NCBI RefSeq assembly: GCF_009834535.1
Contig: NC_045698.1
Location: 13,022,001 to 13,086,000, forward strand
Direction of reading: 5' to 3'
Length of the DNA: 64,000 nucleotides
Origin: Camelus ferus
Lineage: Eukaryota
The notes beneath the pieces are model-generated. The model worked only from the letters and a program-made list of their open reading frames with translations, had not been told where the DNA came from and searched no databases. Shown piece by piece: positions 38,271 to 51,822 of this stretch (positions are counted from its first letter, which is position 1; each line of letters starts with the position of its first letter). Made by a program: the position numbers and the translations under genes.

Positions 38271-38986
38271 TAATTTAGACAACTTCCCATTTCAAATTCA
38301 AAACTGCTCATGCTTCAAATAAAGTCTTTGACAAATAGAAAATGTGGATTACATTTATTTTGTAACACTATCTCTCAACCCATTAGAGCACAGAAATATA
38401 TCACTAGAAGCATAACAAGAAACAACTGGGGATTAATTATGAAATATTCTTATCTCCTACAAGTAGTTAGCAGGGAAAAAAAATGTCTTCAGGAAACAGC
38501 TATAATTTGAAACACTTAAACCCTTTCCACTGAATGGAGTAACTTTATCCTATGCTTTTCTGAAAATCTCATTGCCAATTTCCTTGCATATTTCTAAGTG
38601 TAACCATTAGAAGACTTAGGAAACCACTGTAATTCATGATAGGCTAAAAGCTAGCCTTGCTTCTCATAATAGTATTGTCACATTTTTGAGATAAAGAGAA
38701 ACATTTTGTGTTAAAGACATTTGCTCTATTATCTTAAAAGATGCAGATTTTCTTCATTTTACACTAATTTTTAGTCTTAATTTCATCAAAACAATTACAT
38801 TTGTATTGTTTGCAAACACACAGGCCCCCTAATAAAAGCTTGGTGTTTACATTTAAGGTTAGAACAAAGAGGACCTCATCAATTGTTGTCAACAGACTGA
38901 TGGACTGAAGGAACTCTGGCTAGTACCAAGCATCTGACTCAGACAGATTTTATATTTCCATTATTCTTATGTTCATGTAAGCACAT

Positions 38987-39507
38987 TGTATTAGGGAAGA
39001 ACAAATTTGACTCCATATTAAATCTGTCCCTTTGGCTCTAACCCTGTGCTACGTTTCCTGTGCTTCATCATTCTGGTTCTGCACCCTTTTGTAACAGAAT
39101 GTTGCCAATAGTCTGAAATGTACAGGAGAGCTCATTCTTATGGTCAGAACCTTTAAGGGTATAGCACTTTTTCATTCATATAAAGAAAAAAATTGCAGAA
39201 TAGAAAATAATATTTGTCTTCTTGGAGGTTTACAGGGACACCATGACCTGACCTACATGGACAGCTGCAAGAACAAAGGATTCCGACACCAAGAAGTTTG
39301 TAACAACCAACCACACCCCCTCTCCTTTTTAGTATAAAAGGAGCCTGAATTCAGACTTGGGGAAAAATGGTTTTCCAGGACATTAGTCTGCCATCTACTC
39401 CATCTGCTGGCTTTCCAAATAAAGTCATTATTCCTTGCCCCGACACCTCATCTGCTGATTTATTGGCCTGTCATGCAGCAAGCAGAATGAGTTTGGACTC
39501 GATAACA
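38987..39507 (+). mobile_element. Full-length ERV1-class solo LTR (MER41-like family)
   Basis: TG...CA ends, 4-bp TSD acat (38983-38986 and 39508-39511), TATAAAA at 39333, AATAAA at 39418. Confidence 0.88.
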
Positions 39508-42230
39508 ACATTTGGTAAATCATCAGCATTCATCTTCATTTCTGAATATTCCTTTCCAAAATTCATGCATTTCCTTCTACTTGAATATTCCTCACTACAT
39601 ATGAATATTTAAAGCTTTCTCCATTCTTCACAAAATCTTTCTTCCTCCCATCAACCTCAGCCAAAATTTCCTCAGAAACTACCACACTACCTTGGTACAA
39701 GTCAAGACACTAACTTTCAAATAAAATATTAAGGAAAAGTCTGATACTCTTGGCATTACCCATTGGTCCTATAATGTATCTCATTAAGTAGAATGCCCCC
39801 CTCCACCCCGCCCCAATTCAAAACAGTTGAATGGCTCTAGAAGCTTCAGGTGCAAAGCGAGCCAGATGGTTAAACCTTATTAGACTGGGACGCTATCAAA
39901 TTGAGTGCCATGTGTGCTTGCGATCAGGGAACACTATTTCTCACTATTATATCTCTTGTTCCACTTGAAAAAATTTCTCTTCTCAATCCCTTGGAATCTT
40001 CTTAATTGAAGATTTCAGCCGCAAAGGGGGGGAAATGTTTCTACTTGGTAAACAACAGTGATTTTATTGACTTGAGAGTTAGCATTGCAACCTGGCCAAG
40101 GTAAGCCCCTAATTCACCTACATGGAAAAAAAAGTGGGTTATGGTGAAGATTTGGGTGAATAATTCTGCCTGTCAAAGAGAAAAAGCATTGTTGATGCAA
40201 AATGGAGTTTATGCATCCACGTGCTGGCGGGACCTACATGTGATTAAAATCCTCAGAAATGGAAGTGAGGACACAAGCAAAGTAACAAAACCACAGTAAG
40301 TAGCAAAACTCAAGTAGCTGTGTTTCTTACAAAAGTTCAAGGGGCGGATCACATAGTAGCAAAGACATAGATAACTGTTTACAGCCCTCTTAGCAGCTGC
40401 AGTTACACATTCTGCATACAAAGAAAGTAGTTAACTTTTTGCTTTAGCTCAGAGGTGACAGAATACAGACAGGATTTCATGAGTTCAAAGAAACAGATTA
40501 ATAGGTCAAAAATTTTAGATTTGGAAGTGAATTCAGTAACTGATGGGATTGGGACTGTCTCTCCCAAGTGAAGCTATATGATTTTGTTAATATAAGAGAC
40601 AGTTGGATTCTGATAGGCAGGGCATTTCTCTGAGAAGCACAAATATGAGATATAGGTATGTGTATGCAGGATAATCAGAGGCTATCCTCCAAGTAGATCT
40701 TTGAGGTAAATTCAACTTGAGTATATACTGTACCACCTTTCTACCTCTATGGATCATGCCTTTGTTTGAGTTTTCATGGGAATTGGTCCTTATTTTCCCC
40801 TAGGGAATCCAAAGATGCTAGATTTCTGCCTTCCATGCACGAGTTTTGCATGCATTATAACATGGTCGCTTACCTGAGCAATCCCATCTGGGATGTTTAA
40901 TCCAATCTGAGTGATACAGAGAAGCAAAATTTGGTTTATAATTCATTGCCATAGCAACAGCATCCTGTGTTTCCAGTATTGGTTTCAGCAGTTCCTTCTA
41001 GGACTCAGTGGGGGCAATACTACCATGACTGAATGATTATATATATATCTATATATCCATATGTACAATATCCATATAAAATATTGTATGTATTATAGTT
41101 ATATGTATTATATATTCACATGAATCTAAAAGTACATTTTCAAAGTGTGGTAGATAACATCAAGGACTTAAATTAGTACACAGGTTAAAACAGTTAAAAC
41201 CAATTCATGCATTATACTGTTAAAATTGGACAGATCCATTAACTCTGCTTTATTATTTGTAAAATAATATGCTGTCTTATGAGATGGCTGGAGTTCATTC
41301 CCTATTCAATCCACCGTTTGATGAAACAACAGTGTTTGAAGTGGTTTTCCATCCATGTTGATCCTTAGCTGAAAATAAAATGTGATTAGAAATTCTTTTG
41401 ACAGAAGAATTTATTAGCTTTAAAGTTAATAAAATTTCTAATGTGAATGGTTACTTTCTGTCTGAGTAGTTTGCTATAATAAACTGAGTATTAGATTGAC
41501 AGTAGTTAATGGCATTCATTCCAGGGAAAGGAATCTTTACCGGCAACGTTGAGAAACTAACTTCCTTGAAATGTACCTGGAAATCTTCCCAGACTTTGGT
41601 ATCCATCTATCATCCAACAAGACTCTAGAAGATGCATTTTGCTTACACTGCTTTTTTCATAAATTTGAAAGAAAATAAATGTGCATCATCTGCTATGTTA
41701 CAGAAGACAACTAATGCACATATATTTTGAATTTATGTTTAACTTAAGATATTGGGGGGGGCACTGTTTTATTGTAGAAAACAGTGGCATAAAATGAGGA
41801 CAAATATATGAGGGTGTTGTCCATTTATGCTCTGTTTAAAGATAAGCTTTATGCCAGTACATTTATTAAAGAGATTAAGTTTTCTCAGCTGCATGACAAG
41901 ACAGGGTTGGCTGAGGTTGGTAACTTCTATGTCAGAAGTAAGCTGTCTTCAGGTAGGATAAATGGATCACTTGAAAAAATATAAAAGCTGAACATGACTT
42001 GCTTTTGGCAGCAGCAGAAGACAATTTATCAGGGATAAACGCCTGTTTAAGTAAGGTTTCTCAAGAAGATTGACTTGTACCTGTCTCACATTCTCTAAAG
42101 ATATTTAGAGATTGAGGTCTTCACTTTGGTATGCTTAGTGGTATAATTAGGTTCTGGAGTTGGGCCTTAGGTTGTTTTAAACATTGTAAAACTTTGTATA
42201 TTTAGTAGAGATACTGTATGGATTGAGGAT

Positions 42231-42610
42231 TATTATGAGCCGAATTTTGCCACGACCCTCATCCATATTTTGAAGTCCTAAAACCTAGTATCTCAATATG
42301 TGATTTTATTTGCACATAGAGTCTTTACAGAAGTAATTCAGCTGAAGAGAGGTCCTTAGGGTAAACCCTAATCCAATCTGACTTTGCCCTAGAAGAGGAA
42401 ATTAGGGTGCAGAAACCTACAGAAAGAGACCATGTGAAGACACTAGGAGAAGAAAGTCATCTACAAACCAAAGAGAGAAGGCTTAGAAGAAACCCTGCCA
42501 AGATCTTGATCTGGGACTTCTGGCCTTCAGAATCGTGAGAAAATAAATCCCTGTCTTTAAGCCACCCGGACTGCAGCACTTTGTTATGGCAAACCTAGGG
42601 AACTAACACA
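42231..42610 (+). mobile_element. MLT1B-like LTR inside a MIR
   Basis: tgaagtcctaaaacctagtatctcaatatgtga...ccctaatccaatctgact...gcactttgttatggcaaacctagggaactaacaca; MIR core continues at 42615-42720. Confidence 0.88.
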
Positions 42611-43559
42611 GGAATACAGAGCATCTGATTTCTAGTGTCAGCTGTCTACTTACTGGTTATTTTAAATTTGATAGTTAATTTAATCACTCTGAGCCTCAGC
42701 TTTCCCATATGTTGAAAAAAAAAAGAAAATTTAGACCACTTTGTCCATGCTTTTTTGCTTTGTGGTGAGACAGTAGGTCAAGATGGTAAATTTTTTTAAA
42801 ACTTATTTCTCATCTAAATTTCTATTTTCAGGGTAATATTCAACTGTGATTTCAAAATAAAAATATATTGAGGCACACAAGCACTCAGAAAGTATATTAT
42901 CTAGGTACTACATTTTTCTGAAAATTGAATTAAGGACATAACGACAACATAAAAAGGCAAAGATGGACAACACAAAATACAGGAAAAGCTGGTAAACTGG
43001 GTTGCCTTCAAAGGATGATAAGTGCAAATCAGTCTTGATAATATGAGGACTTAATACATTTTGTATTAAACATTTTAAATATAGAAGACATATATTATGT
43101 TTAAAAGAAAGTAACATTTTGGAAAAAAATTTCTGGATAATTTTATCCGAAATTTTGTTTTGGGAATACAAGATTAGGAAAGAATAATCTTAATTTATGT
43201 TCGAATCTCACTATTTCTTATTTTCACCAGAAACTTTTACTACCAATTTTTATTTTTAACTCCTTTGTGGTTATACTCTGTACTGTATTTGGAGCTATTC
43301 ATTGGTCTTTGGATATCTTCAAATATTTCCATGAACAATAAGAATATGGTCAACTAAATAAGTCTTTTCAATCACACATGCTACTAAGCTACTTTTTAAT
43401 GTCTCTCTGCTTCATAAACTTCTTAAGAGTTAACTATATTCACTGTCTCCAAGACTGTAATAACAAATAGGCCAACACATTAATACAAATGTAGAATTAC
43501 TGAAATCTCATTAGAGATCAGAAAATACACATTGAAACATTAACTAGATGACAGTTTTG

Positions 43560-44270
43560 TGTTAGATTTCAAAGGAAAAGATTTAATAGCACATGATGTT
43601 GGCAAGAGTAACGGGATAGCATACACACTTTTGATGGGAATGTAAATTTATTTGACTTTTCAGGAGGCAGTTAGAAACTCTTTTTTGAACTTATAAATGC
43701 ACACACTTTTGACTAACAATTATATTTCTGTAAATTTATCCTGCAGTAGTGCTAGCATTAATGACTGAAGATTTATGTGCACTGATGTTCACTAACATGT
43801 GTAACAGCAAAAACCAAACCAAATCAAACCACACCTGGAAATATCACAAATATGCATAAATAAATAAATTTGATATGTCCGAGTATTTGCACAAAATGCT
43901 GTGATTAACAAAAGTAAAACAAACCTTCATGTTTTCACTTAGAATTTTTTAAACTATTGTTAAGTTATAAAAGCCAGGTGCAGAACAATATGTAGAGCAT
44001 GATCTTTTTTGCATGGGTAAAAATTGTGTGTTTGTGTGTATGTATGAAAGAGAGAAAATAAAAGCTAAGAAAGATATTGTGTGCCAATATGCACAAAAAA
44101 TGCCTGGGAATATGTAATCCTCCTAAACAATTTAACATCTTCTGAATTGAATAAGAGTGAAATATAAGGATATAATTGTTATTAAGTTATTTATTGTTTA
44201 GAGTTGTTAAAATTTATTGTTTTACTTTTCTAATATAGAATTAAAAATTTTTTGAAAAGAAATATTTCAA
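43560..44270 (+). mobile_element. L1ME-type 3' fragment
   Basis: gatgggaatgtaaattta...ataaatgcacacacttttgactaacaatt...aaatttatcctgcag...agccaggtgcagaacaatatgtagagcatgatc. Confidence 0.75.
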
Positions 44271-44718
44271 GTGCATGAATAATATAAAGATACTTTAACA
44301 AAATCCATTAACTTTATATATATATGATATATAATATTGTTTGAAATGCAGTGCAATTTCATTGCCTTAAAATATATATATATTTTTATATATTTGTGTG
44401 TGTATATATATGTATATATGTATATATACATATATATAAAAAGGAAAAAGAAAAGTTTTGAACCAGATTAAACAGAAAGGGAAATTTATTGAAAGGGTTC
44501 CTGGACCACTCATGGTGTTGAAGGAACAACTGAACAGCTGAGCTTTGGGGCTGGCGCTGGAAAAACCTGGAACTGGTAGCAGAGGTGCTTTTCTTCTCCT
44601 CTGTCTGTGTGGCCTCCTCATTCTCTCAAGCAGACTTTCCCCAGGATGTTATACATGACTTGTAGTGGCTTTTAGTAAAGCATCATTGAAAGATAACATT
44701 CTCATTGTCTCTAGCAAT

Positions 44719-44720
44719 GA

Positions 44721-44792
<72 letters not shown>

Positions 44793-44836
44793 AGAAAGAA
44801 AGAGGGAAAGAAGAAAGAGGGAAAGAAGAAGGAAAG
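44719..44836. repeat. (GAAA)18 microsatellite plus degenerate purine tract, inside an antisense MLT1-type LTR (about 44460-45010)
   Basis: Perfect GAAA units at 44719-44790, pure purine to 44836. Confidence 0.95.
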
Positions 44837-45189
44837 CAAGCAAAAGCCCTTCCCAGGGGTGGTCTCTGATTGGCTCTGCTGCATCTTCTGCCCTCCCTCG
44901 GATCCTTCCCTGTGGCTACTCGGTGGGTAGTCTATGTGACAGGTTTGACTTGGGTACTGTGCCCATCTCTGGCCCAGGCAATCTGTGCTCTTATAAGGAG
45001 ACAGGAGCATCCATGTGTTTAAATAATATACACACTAATTTTCTTTTTCTTATTGATCCTCCCATGCCCCACCTCCCATTGTACAACTTAATGATACAGC
45101 CATAAACATTCTTTACCCATGATCACTGGATCAGCTTGTGACCAGGCTCAGAGTCCTAGCATAGCCACAGGCGGAAAAAGCCTCTCTTA

Positions 45190-45390
45190 ACTGAAGTCAT
45201 GGGGTAGAAGCTATGATGATGAGACATTATCACCCCTTGCTAGGGGAGAGGCATGGGACAGATCCTCAGAAGGAACCAACACCCTGATTTCAGACTTCTA
45301 TCCTCCGGAACTGAGAGACAAAAATATTCTGTTGTTTAAGTCACTCAGTTTCCTGGTACTTTGTTATGGCAGCCTTAGCAAAAGAATACA
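45190..45390 (+). mobile_element. MLT1A-like LTR 3' fragment
   Basis: ctgatttcagacttctatcctccggaactgagagacaaaaatattctgttgtttaag...gtactttgttatggcagccttagcaaaagaataca. Confidence 0.8.
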
Positions 45391-48300
45391 TGCCCCGCTC
45401 TCTGTTTCCCTGTAAAACAGGATGCCCTCTGCCCTGAGCTTGCCCAGGTCACCCGGGGTGGGGGTGCGTTCCAGAAGGTCTGAGCACCTCTACTCCCACC
45501 AGTCGAGGTATGCGATTGAGAGCCGGTTGTTTTTGCTTCCTCAGCCTGTTTTGGTCAGTTCATTTGCTACTGCAAATAATTTATATACACCAGATTAAAT
45601 ATATAAGTATAAAAAGAGAAAAAAAGAGTTGTTATTTCTGGGAAAACTAAATGCTTTGGAAAGATTGATACAATAAATCACACACAAAAATACCCTTGAA
45701 TTATGTGTATATAAATTAACTAAAATATTAAAGTAAAATAAATATGTGTCTAAAAGCCGTCTGAGCTCAGATTAATAGCATATTTAAATCTGTACTTTAC
45801 TTCAAAGAAATTGGAAATTTTAGACAGCTACAAACTTGGATTTGGGTGATGTTAAAAAATTGATGAAGAAATCGTATCAGTCAACTTGTGCTCAAAAAAG
45901 TCCATTTAGTTTAAAGCAAAATATTGAAGACATATGTATGTATCTTTTTCTAAGTAATCTCTTTAACTAGTTTGTTCATTAACTGTGGGCTTCATCAGGT
46001 TGAATAACTGTCCCTGATCATCCTTGGGAGGGACAAGCTTGGGCTCAAACATCTTTCACTTGAGCAGCATTTTAGTCAGGAAGCAACCAACACATAGCTG
46101 ATAGACATTTGAAGAGTCATTAAACAGCTTTTTGTGTGTATGCGAATACATGCCTGAGGTTTCAAGGACCAGCATGTTACAGTCTGATGACGCTGCTTTT
46201 GCATGTCGCAAATAGCTCTTTTACCAGTCCTGAATGTCTGATATTTCAGTGTCTACTTTTCCATCTCGATTTTCACATTCTAGGGTCTGTCACCTGTAAT
46301 GTACCAGTTCTACTGACAGTTTTTCTATCAATCTGGACTCTTGATTTTTAAAGCACACAACTCGATCTAAGCAGAAGAAGGAAATTAACTGGGAAGACGC
46401 TAGTGTTTTTCACTGAAAGGAAAATGTGGGAAGTACACTCAGGTGTAGAAACGATCAGGACAAAATAGCTCAGAGACCACAGACACTGTAACCAGTGGTG
46501 TGAGCGTGACTCCAACTTTCATCTTTGCCTCTTTGGTATTGGCTTTATTCTCTGCAATGGAAAATTGTTATTTTGCACGCAAATTGATCAGTTCCACAGA
46601 AATAGTAGAATAAGAAAACAAGCGGTTTACTTAGCTTCAAGGACAAGGTGCAGAAATGAAGCTTTGTTCAGCCTCTTCACTTCCTTGAGGAAATACTGGC
46701 CAGGGGACTTGCAAGAGCTCCAAGGACCCTCAACGGGCCAGGAGGGTCACTGACCCTGAGGACACTTGGTCAGCCCAGAAAATCTGCAAAGTCACTCACT
46801 AGCTTCCTCCTCTATAGCAGGTCCTTGTATATAAAGCATAGAAAGGGAACATCAAATTAGTAGGTCACACCTTTGCACGTTTTATAGGGTTCATTCCACA
46901 GGACAGAGCGCACAATCACAAATGTATATAATGTATATGTACCTCAGAAGAGAAGTCCCAAGAGGGCTTATGATCAGTTTCCCCTTTATGAAAGAGAACC
47001 TTCGACACCAATCACTACAATACCATTGGAAACTTGGGATTTGCCGGTTTCCCATTTTGCCTCTTGGAAAATAGATTTCTTTGCGCCAAAATTCTGAGAA
47101 AGGTTGCTGATGGACTAGTTTGGTTTGCATGCTTACTCTTAGATGAGTCATTCTTTCCATAGAGATCAGAGTTGTGCATGAAGATAACTTTTCTTTCCCC
47201 CAAGACCATAAGTAAAATGGATAATGGGAAAGGAGTAGCTTCGGAAAAACAAAAGGGCAGATTTCTCAATAGAAGGGAGGGAGTCTAGGCGAAAATACCA
47301 AGACCAGCTACAGAAGATAGGCTGAAAAGAAACACTGAGAGCTCAAAACACGTAGAAAAAGCATAAGAAAATAATAGCTATGGACAGAAATTTTACTTAT
47401 GCATGAAAAGACTCATTTAGGTTTATATAAGCACAACACTTTAAGTTAGGGTCTTCCAAAGTCATGTATATTTTCTATGAACATCTCAATTAATGAACTG
47501 TTTAATTCCCTTTTTCCCCCTAGTTGGCTTAAAAAATATTGTCCATGAAGCTATTATTTATTAACTACAGGAGAATTTGACATATCTTATTGCTTTTGTC
47601 CTCCTAAAAAGATGAAATAAATTCCCTTGTATTTTTTTACTGTGCATTGTGGATGAAAAGAGTTTTTAACTTATCTACTGAACTGATGTAAACATGAGTT
47701 TGTTTTCTCAACATTTTTGCATGAATATTTACAGTAAAAAGAAATAATCCCCTTTAAAGCTTGGATTGAACTATAGCCATCAGATGCTAACCTCACTTAG
47801 AAACCATAAATAGTAGTCATTTCATTTAGGAGAGATTCTGGGACACTGTCACAAAAAGTTACACATATATCTGTAAATCTTTATAATCATCATAAACTCA
47901 TAAAACAATTTTTTTTTAAAAAAGAAGAATGTTTTTAAAGATACTTAACAGTTTTGAAAACTAATGGCATTTAGATAGCTGTTAATTTTAAAACTCATAG
48001 CTGTTTGATTTTCTTCTTAAACAGGTGGTAAAAGCCCCTTGCCTAGGGCAAAAATAGCAGAGAAAAAATTCATCAAAATACCGTCTTCAGCTGGTTTTGA
48101 AGCACTAGTGACAGTTTCGGCGTTGCTTGTGGGCTTGAAGTTCACAGTTGCTCAATCCCTACTAAGTTGATAAAGGCTAGGAGAAAAGATGTGAAAAGAA
48201 ATGAGTCGAAGTGTAAAAGCATTTTATTTAGGTCATTTAAAAATATTAAAGTTGTCTGTCAACCTGAATTTTTAACCTATTTCTGTTGGCATCTTGGGAC

Positions 48301-51300
48301 AAAAAAAAAAAAAAAAAAAGGGAAACCACATAAAGACAACTAAAGTCATCTGAACATAGAGCCTCACCTGTATTTCAGAGGCTGGCGGATCCAACGCTTT
48401 CACCTTCAGTCTCTCTCAAAGGGGAAGGGCTAAAGAGGGCAGATAAAACTACCAATGATAAGATATTATCATTTCTGGTTTTCTGGAAGCAGGGATCCAA
48501 ACTCCAACTTAATTGGAATTTTTCATGAAATTCTTTCAAGACTCATACGGGATTAATCCATTTTGATTTCTAATCTGGCCAGATTTCCCAAGTCCTGACT
48601 TCAGGTGATGAAAAAATTCCTGCCAGTGTTGATTACATGGAAGTGGAGAAGAAAAAGAGAAGCCATTCGCTTTGTGTGTGTGAGGAAAGACAATGTCTCA
48701 TCAATAAAATCAGAAATAGATGCAACCTTTGCAGAAAAGAAGACGGACAAGCAGGGTGTTTGAGTAACACGGTATTGCTGGAACTCAGGGCAGTGGAAGA
48801 ACAGCTACCAGGTTTCCAGGAGGTTGGGTTGGAGCCTTTTCAACAGGGTGTCCAGGCAGAACTTTTTGCCTTGTTTTCTGGGCTAAGTGAGCATCTTGGA
48901 TAATTCCGAATCATAATATTTATTCCTCTGAGTTGGAATCATAGGTTTGTTTATTTTTTTCTTCAATTATACTGTCAGCTGGTTAAATCCAGGAACTGCA
49001 TCTTCTAATTTTCTTATCCTAAGGGCATGGTAGGACCCCCTGCCTTTTTGATTGTGTTTTTCATTTGTCAATAACAGCAAGGCCAAAAGATAGAGAGGAT
49101 TAATGAGTCAAGATCTATAAAGTGTTTAGAAGAAGGCTGGAATCATAGACTCAATGAATGTTAGCAATTATGATCATTATGCACTATGATCATCAGGTAG
49201 TCATTATTTTTATGACAGATGAAAGATTGCCAGAATGACTTTCTTGATTCCAAAATTATGTTGAGTGCAATGGTGGTTCACTTACGAAACTGTGTTTGTG
49301 TGAAATAAAGAGACCTGGGAAAGGATTAATTGTCCAATTCATATTACTAATTGTTCATTCATATAACTTTCTATTTTAAGCCTTGTGAGGAAATGATATT
49401 TCCATAAAAATTTTAAATCTCACAAATATTTACTTATATAATCTTGTAACTATACAGAATAGGTTAATCATGTTTCAGATGTTCCAACAGGACTTTCATG
49501 ATTAGAAATCTTACTTGTAAGAAGATTAGTATGTCCTCTCCTACACTTACACTTCTCAGTAATATTCAGATATTATCTTCAAACTGCTTGGGTGTACATA
49601 ATCAGTTCTAATTTTTAAAATTGCTTAATTCACCTTATCGTAATTATTTTCATACATGTATGAAATGCAGTCACATTCAAAAGATAGAGAATATTATGTA
49701 ATCACGTTATCTACTATGCTTTTCAGTGCCAACGCAAGGTTTGCCTAAATTATCCTAACAATTTGGCAGAATGCTTTAATTTATTCAGTTTCCATATTTT
49801 TATTTATTAAGCATTGTTTATTTATTCAATAATCTGAATTAATTCCTATGATGTAAAATCCACTGAGTTTAATACATAGCATAAAATTAACAATAATTAA
49901 CTGATTAACTATAAGGATTTTACACAAGAGGATGGAAGAAATGAGACTGTAGGAAAAAAGGCATACATGTATAAAATGTTAAGCAATATGAGAAGTAACT
50001 GAGCCAAAATTAATTAAATATATCAATAAATGAAGTAGTAAAGGGCAAAAATGAAATAGCGTAGGTAAAATGTACTGTTAAGTCATAAAATCTGGGCTTT
50101 CTAAGTTTATTTTTATGGAAGAGGAAGGAATATAAAAAGCAAATTCATTCAAATTATAAAAAACATGTTTAAGGGCATCCTAGTCATTTTTTATCTGACA
50201 AATTGCTAAGAAATTTTATATAAATTGATTTAATAGTTAATAGCTATACTGTTTTTTTGTGAGGATTTTCCCCAGAAAGTTACTGAAGTTTAAGATACAT
50301 GACTTGTTTACGATCACAAATCTTTGAAGTTCGTGGAGGTAGCATCCAAATATCAGATCCTAATATTTCAAAGTCTATATCCAGCTTTTACCACCTTGAA
50401 ATCTCAGCTGAGATGTGAGGAAATAGCAAAATGTGAAAAGTTAGAGTAAAGGAAACAGAGTATTCCAAGGAAAGCAGAATAAGGACTTGAGCCACGTGCA
50501 GAATCAAAACACACACACACACAGACACGCACAAGCAGACACACAGACAGACAATAGGTACACACTCTGCTAGGACCTGGGATGCAAAAAGGCAGAGCAG
50601 AATTCAAGGAGTGATTGAGGGAAAAATACTTAAAAATTATAAGATCAATTTCTACAGGTCAAGAAGTCTAGAGGCCCCCTTCAAGAATCACAACCCCTGT
50701 GAAAAAGAAGATTCTATGGGTCTACATAGTCAAAAAACTAATCAAATAAACTTGAGGTCAGACCACAGTGCTCCATGTCAACACAGGGAGATCTGAAATC
50801 TGTAAATGAGGCAATTTCAGGGAGTATCAGTGATTGGAAGGCAAGTCGAGGTCTGGTCAAGGGTTCGGTTTAGACCACGGGACTGAGTAACAGTCTCAGA
50901 GCACTGGCATCATGAATAAAACAGGAAATTATTTAGAAGCTGTGTGGATAATCTCCATTTCCCTAGGCTCCTGGAAATATGAAGGACGTTTATCATAAAA
51001 GCACTCCCAGCTTCTCATCACACCTCTCACTCTTTCCTCACTACGGAGTGAAGACAACTGTCTTATCTGATCAGTGACTTAATCTAGTTTGGAAGAAATA
51101 CCTGAGCATGCTCTGCCCAGACCTTCCTTTTTCAGAGTCAGTGGAAATTCCAGAGGAATTCTTTTTTTCCTCTGTATCCAATGACCTACGATTTCACGTG
51201 GTCCAAAAGTAAAGCATGAGTGAATTCATTTCTCTACAGAAGCAAAGCTACTTTCTCTGATGCATGTGTGATAAATAGAGCTGGCATTTTGATCTCCATC

Positions 51301-51656
51301 AGATCCTGTTTCTCAGAGGTTTTGAATTTGGGGAAGAGGGATATAAATTATTTTCTCCATACAACTCCAACCGAGGAACTTATATAAGAATGAGTATCGG
51401 CCCAGAGCCAAGACTATGTTGTAGATAGAAGTGATCATTGCCTGGAAAATATTGATATGTTACATGTTACAGAATTCTTTACAAAAATCTGTACCTATGT
51501 ATTTATTTTATGGGTTGTACATTGATTGCAAAACAATCATAGGAGGCAAGCTGGATAGGAACAGAAATTTCCTGAGTAAGATAACATTTTTGACAAACAT
51601 GTCATTCATTTTTTTTTAAAAAGTATTTCCTCTTTAGGCAATATATTGAAAACAAG

Positions 51657-51822
51657 AAGGAGGGTACATCTCAGTGGTAGAGTGCATGCTTAGCATACAC
51701 GAGGTCCTGGGTTCAATCCCTAGGCCCTCCACTAAATAAATAAATAAATAAATAAACCTAATTACCTACCTCCACCAAAAAAAAAAAAAAAAACAAAAAA
51801 AACAAACAAACAAACAAAAAAC
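51657..51822 (+). mobile_element. tRNA-derived SINE (camelid Vic-1 type)
   Basis: ggagggtacatctcagtggtagagtgcatgcttagcatacacgaggtcctgggttcaatccc...(taaa)n cctaattacct, then A-rich tail. Confidence 0.92.

Noticed and set aside
44649..45105. KERK- and SFFL-repeat ORFs
   Set aside because: Artefacts of the (GAAA)n microsatellite.
48637..48903. 88-aa ORF in unique sequence
   Set aside because: No recognisable domain or splice context on either strand.
51657..51740. tRNA gene (also 12350-12428)
   Set aside because: tRNA-like head followed by SINE body and A-rich tail, with a TSD on the 12.3 kb copy; these are SINEs.
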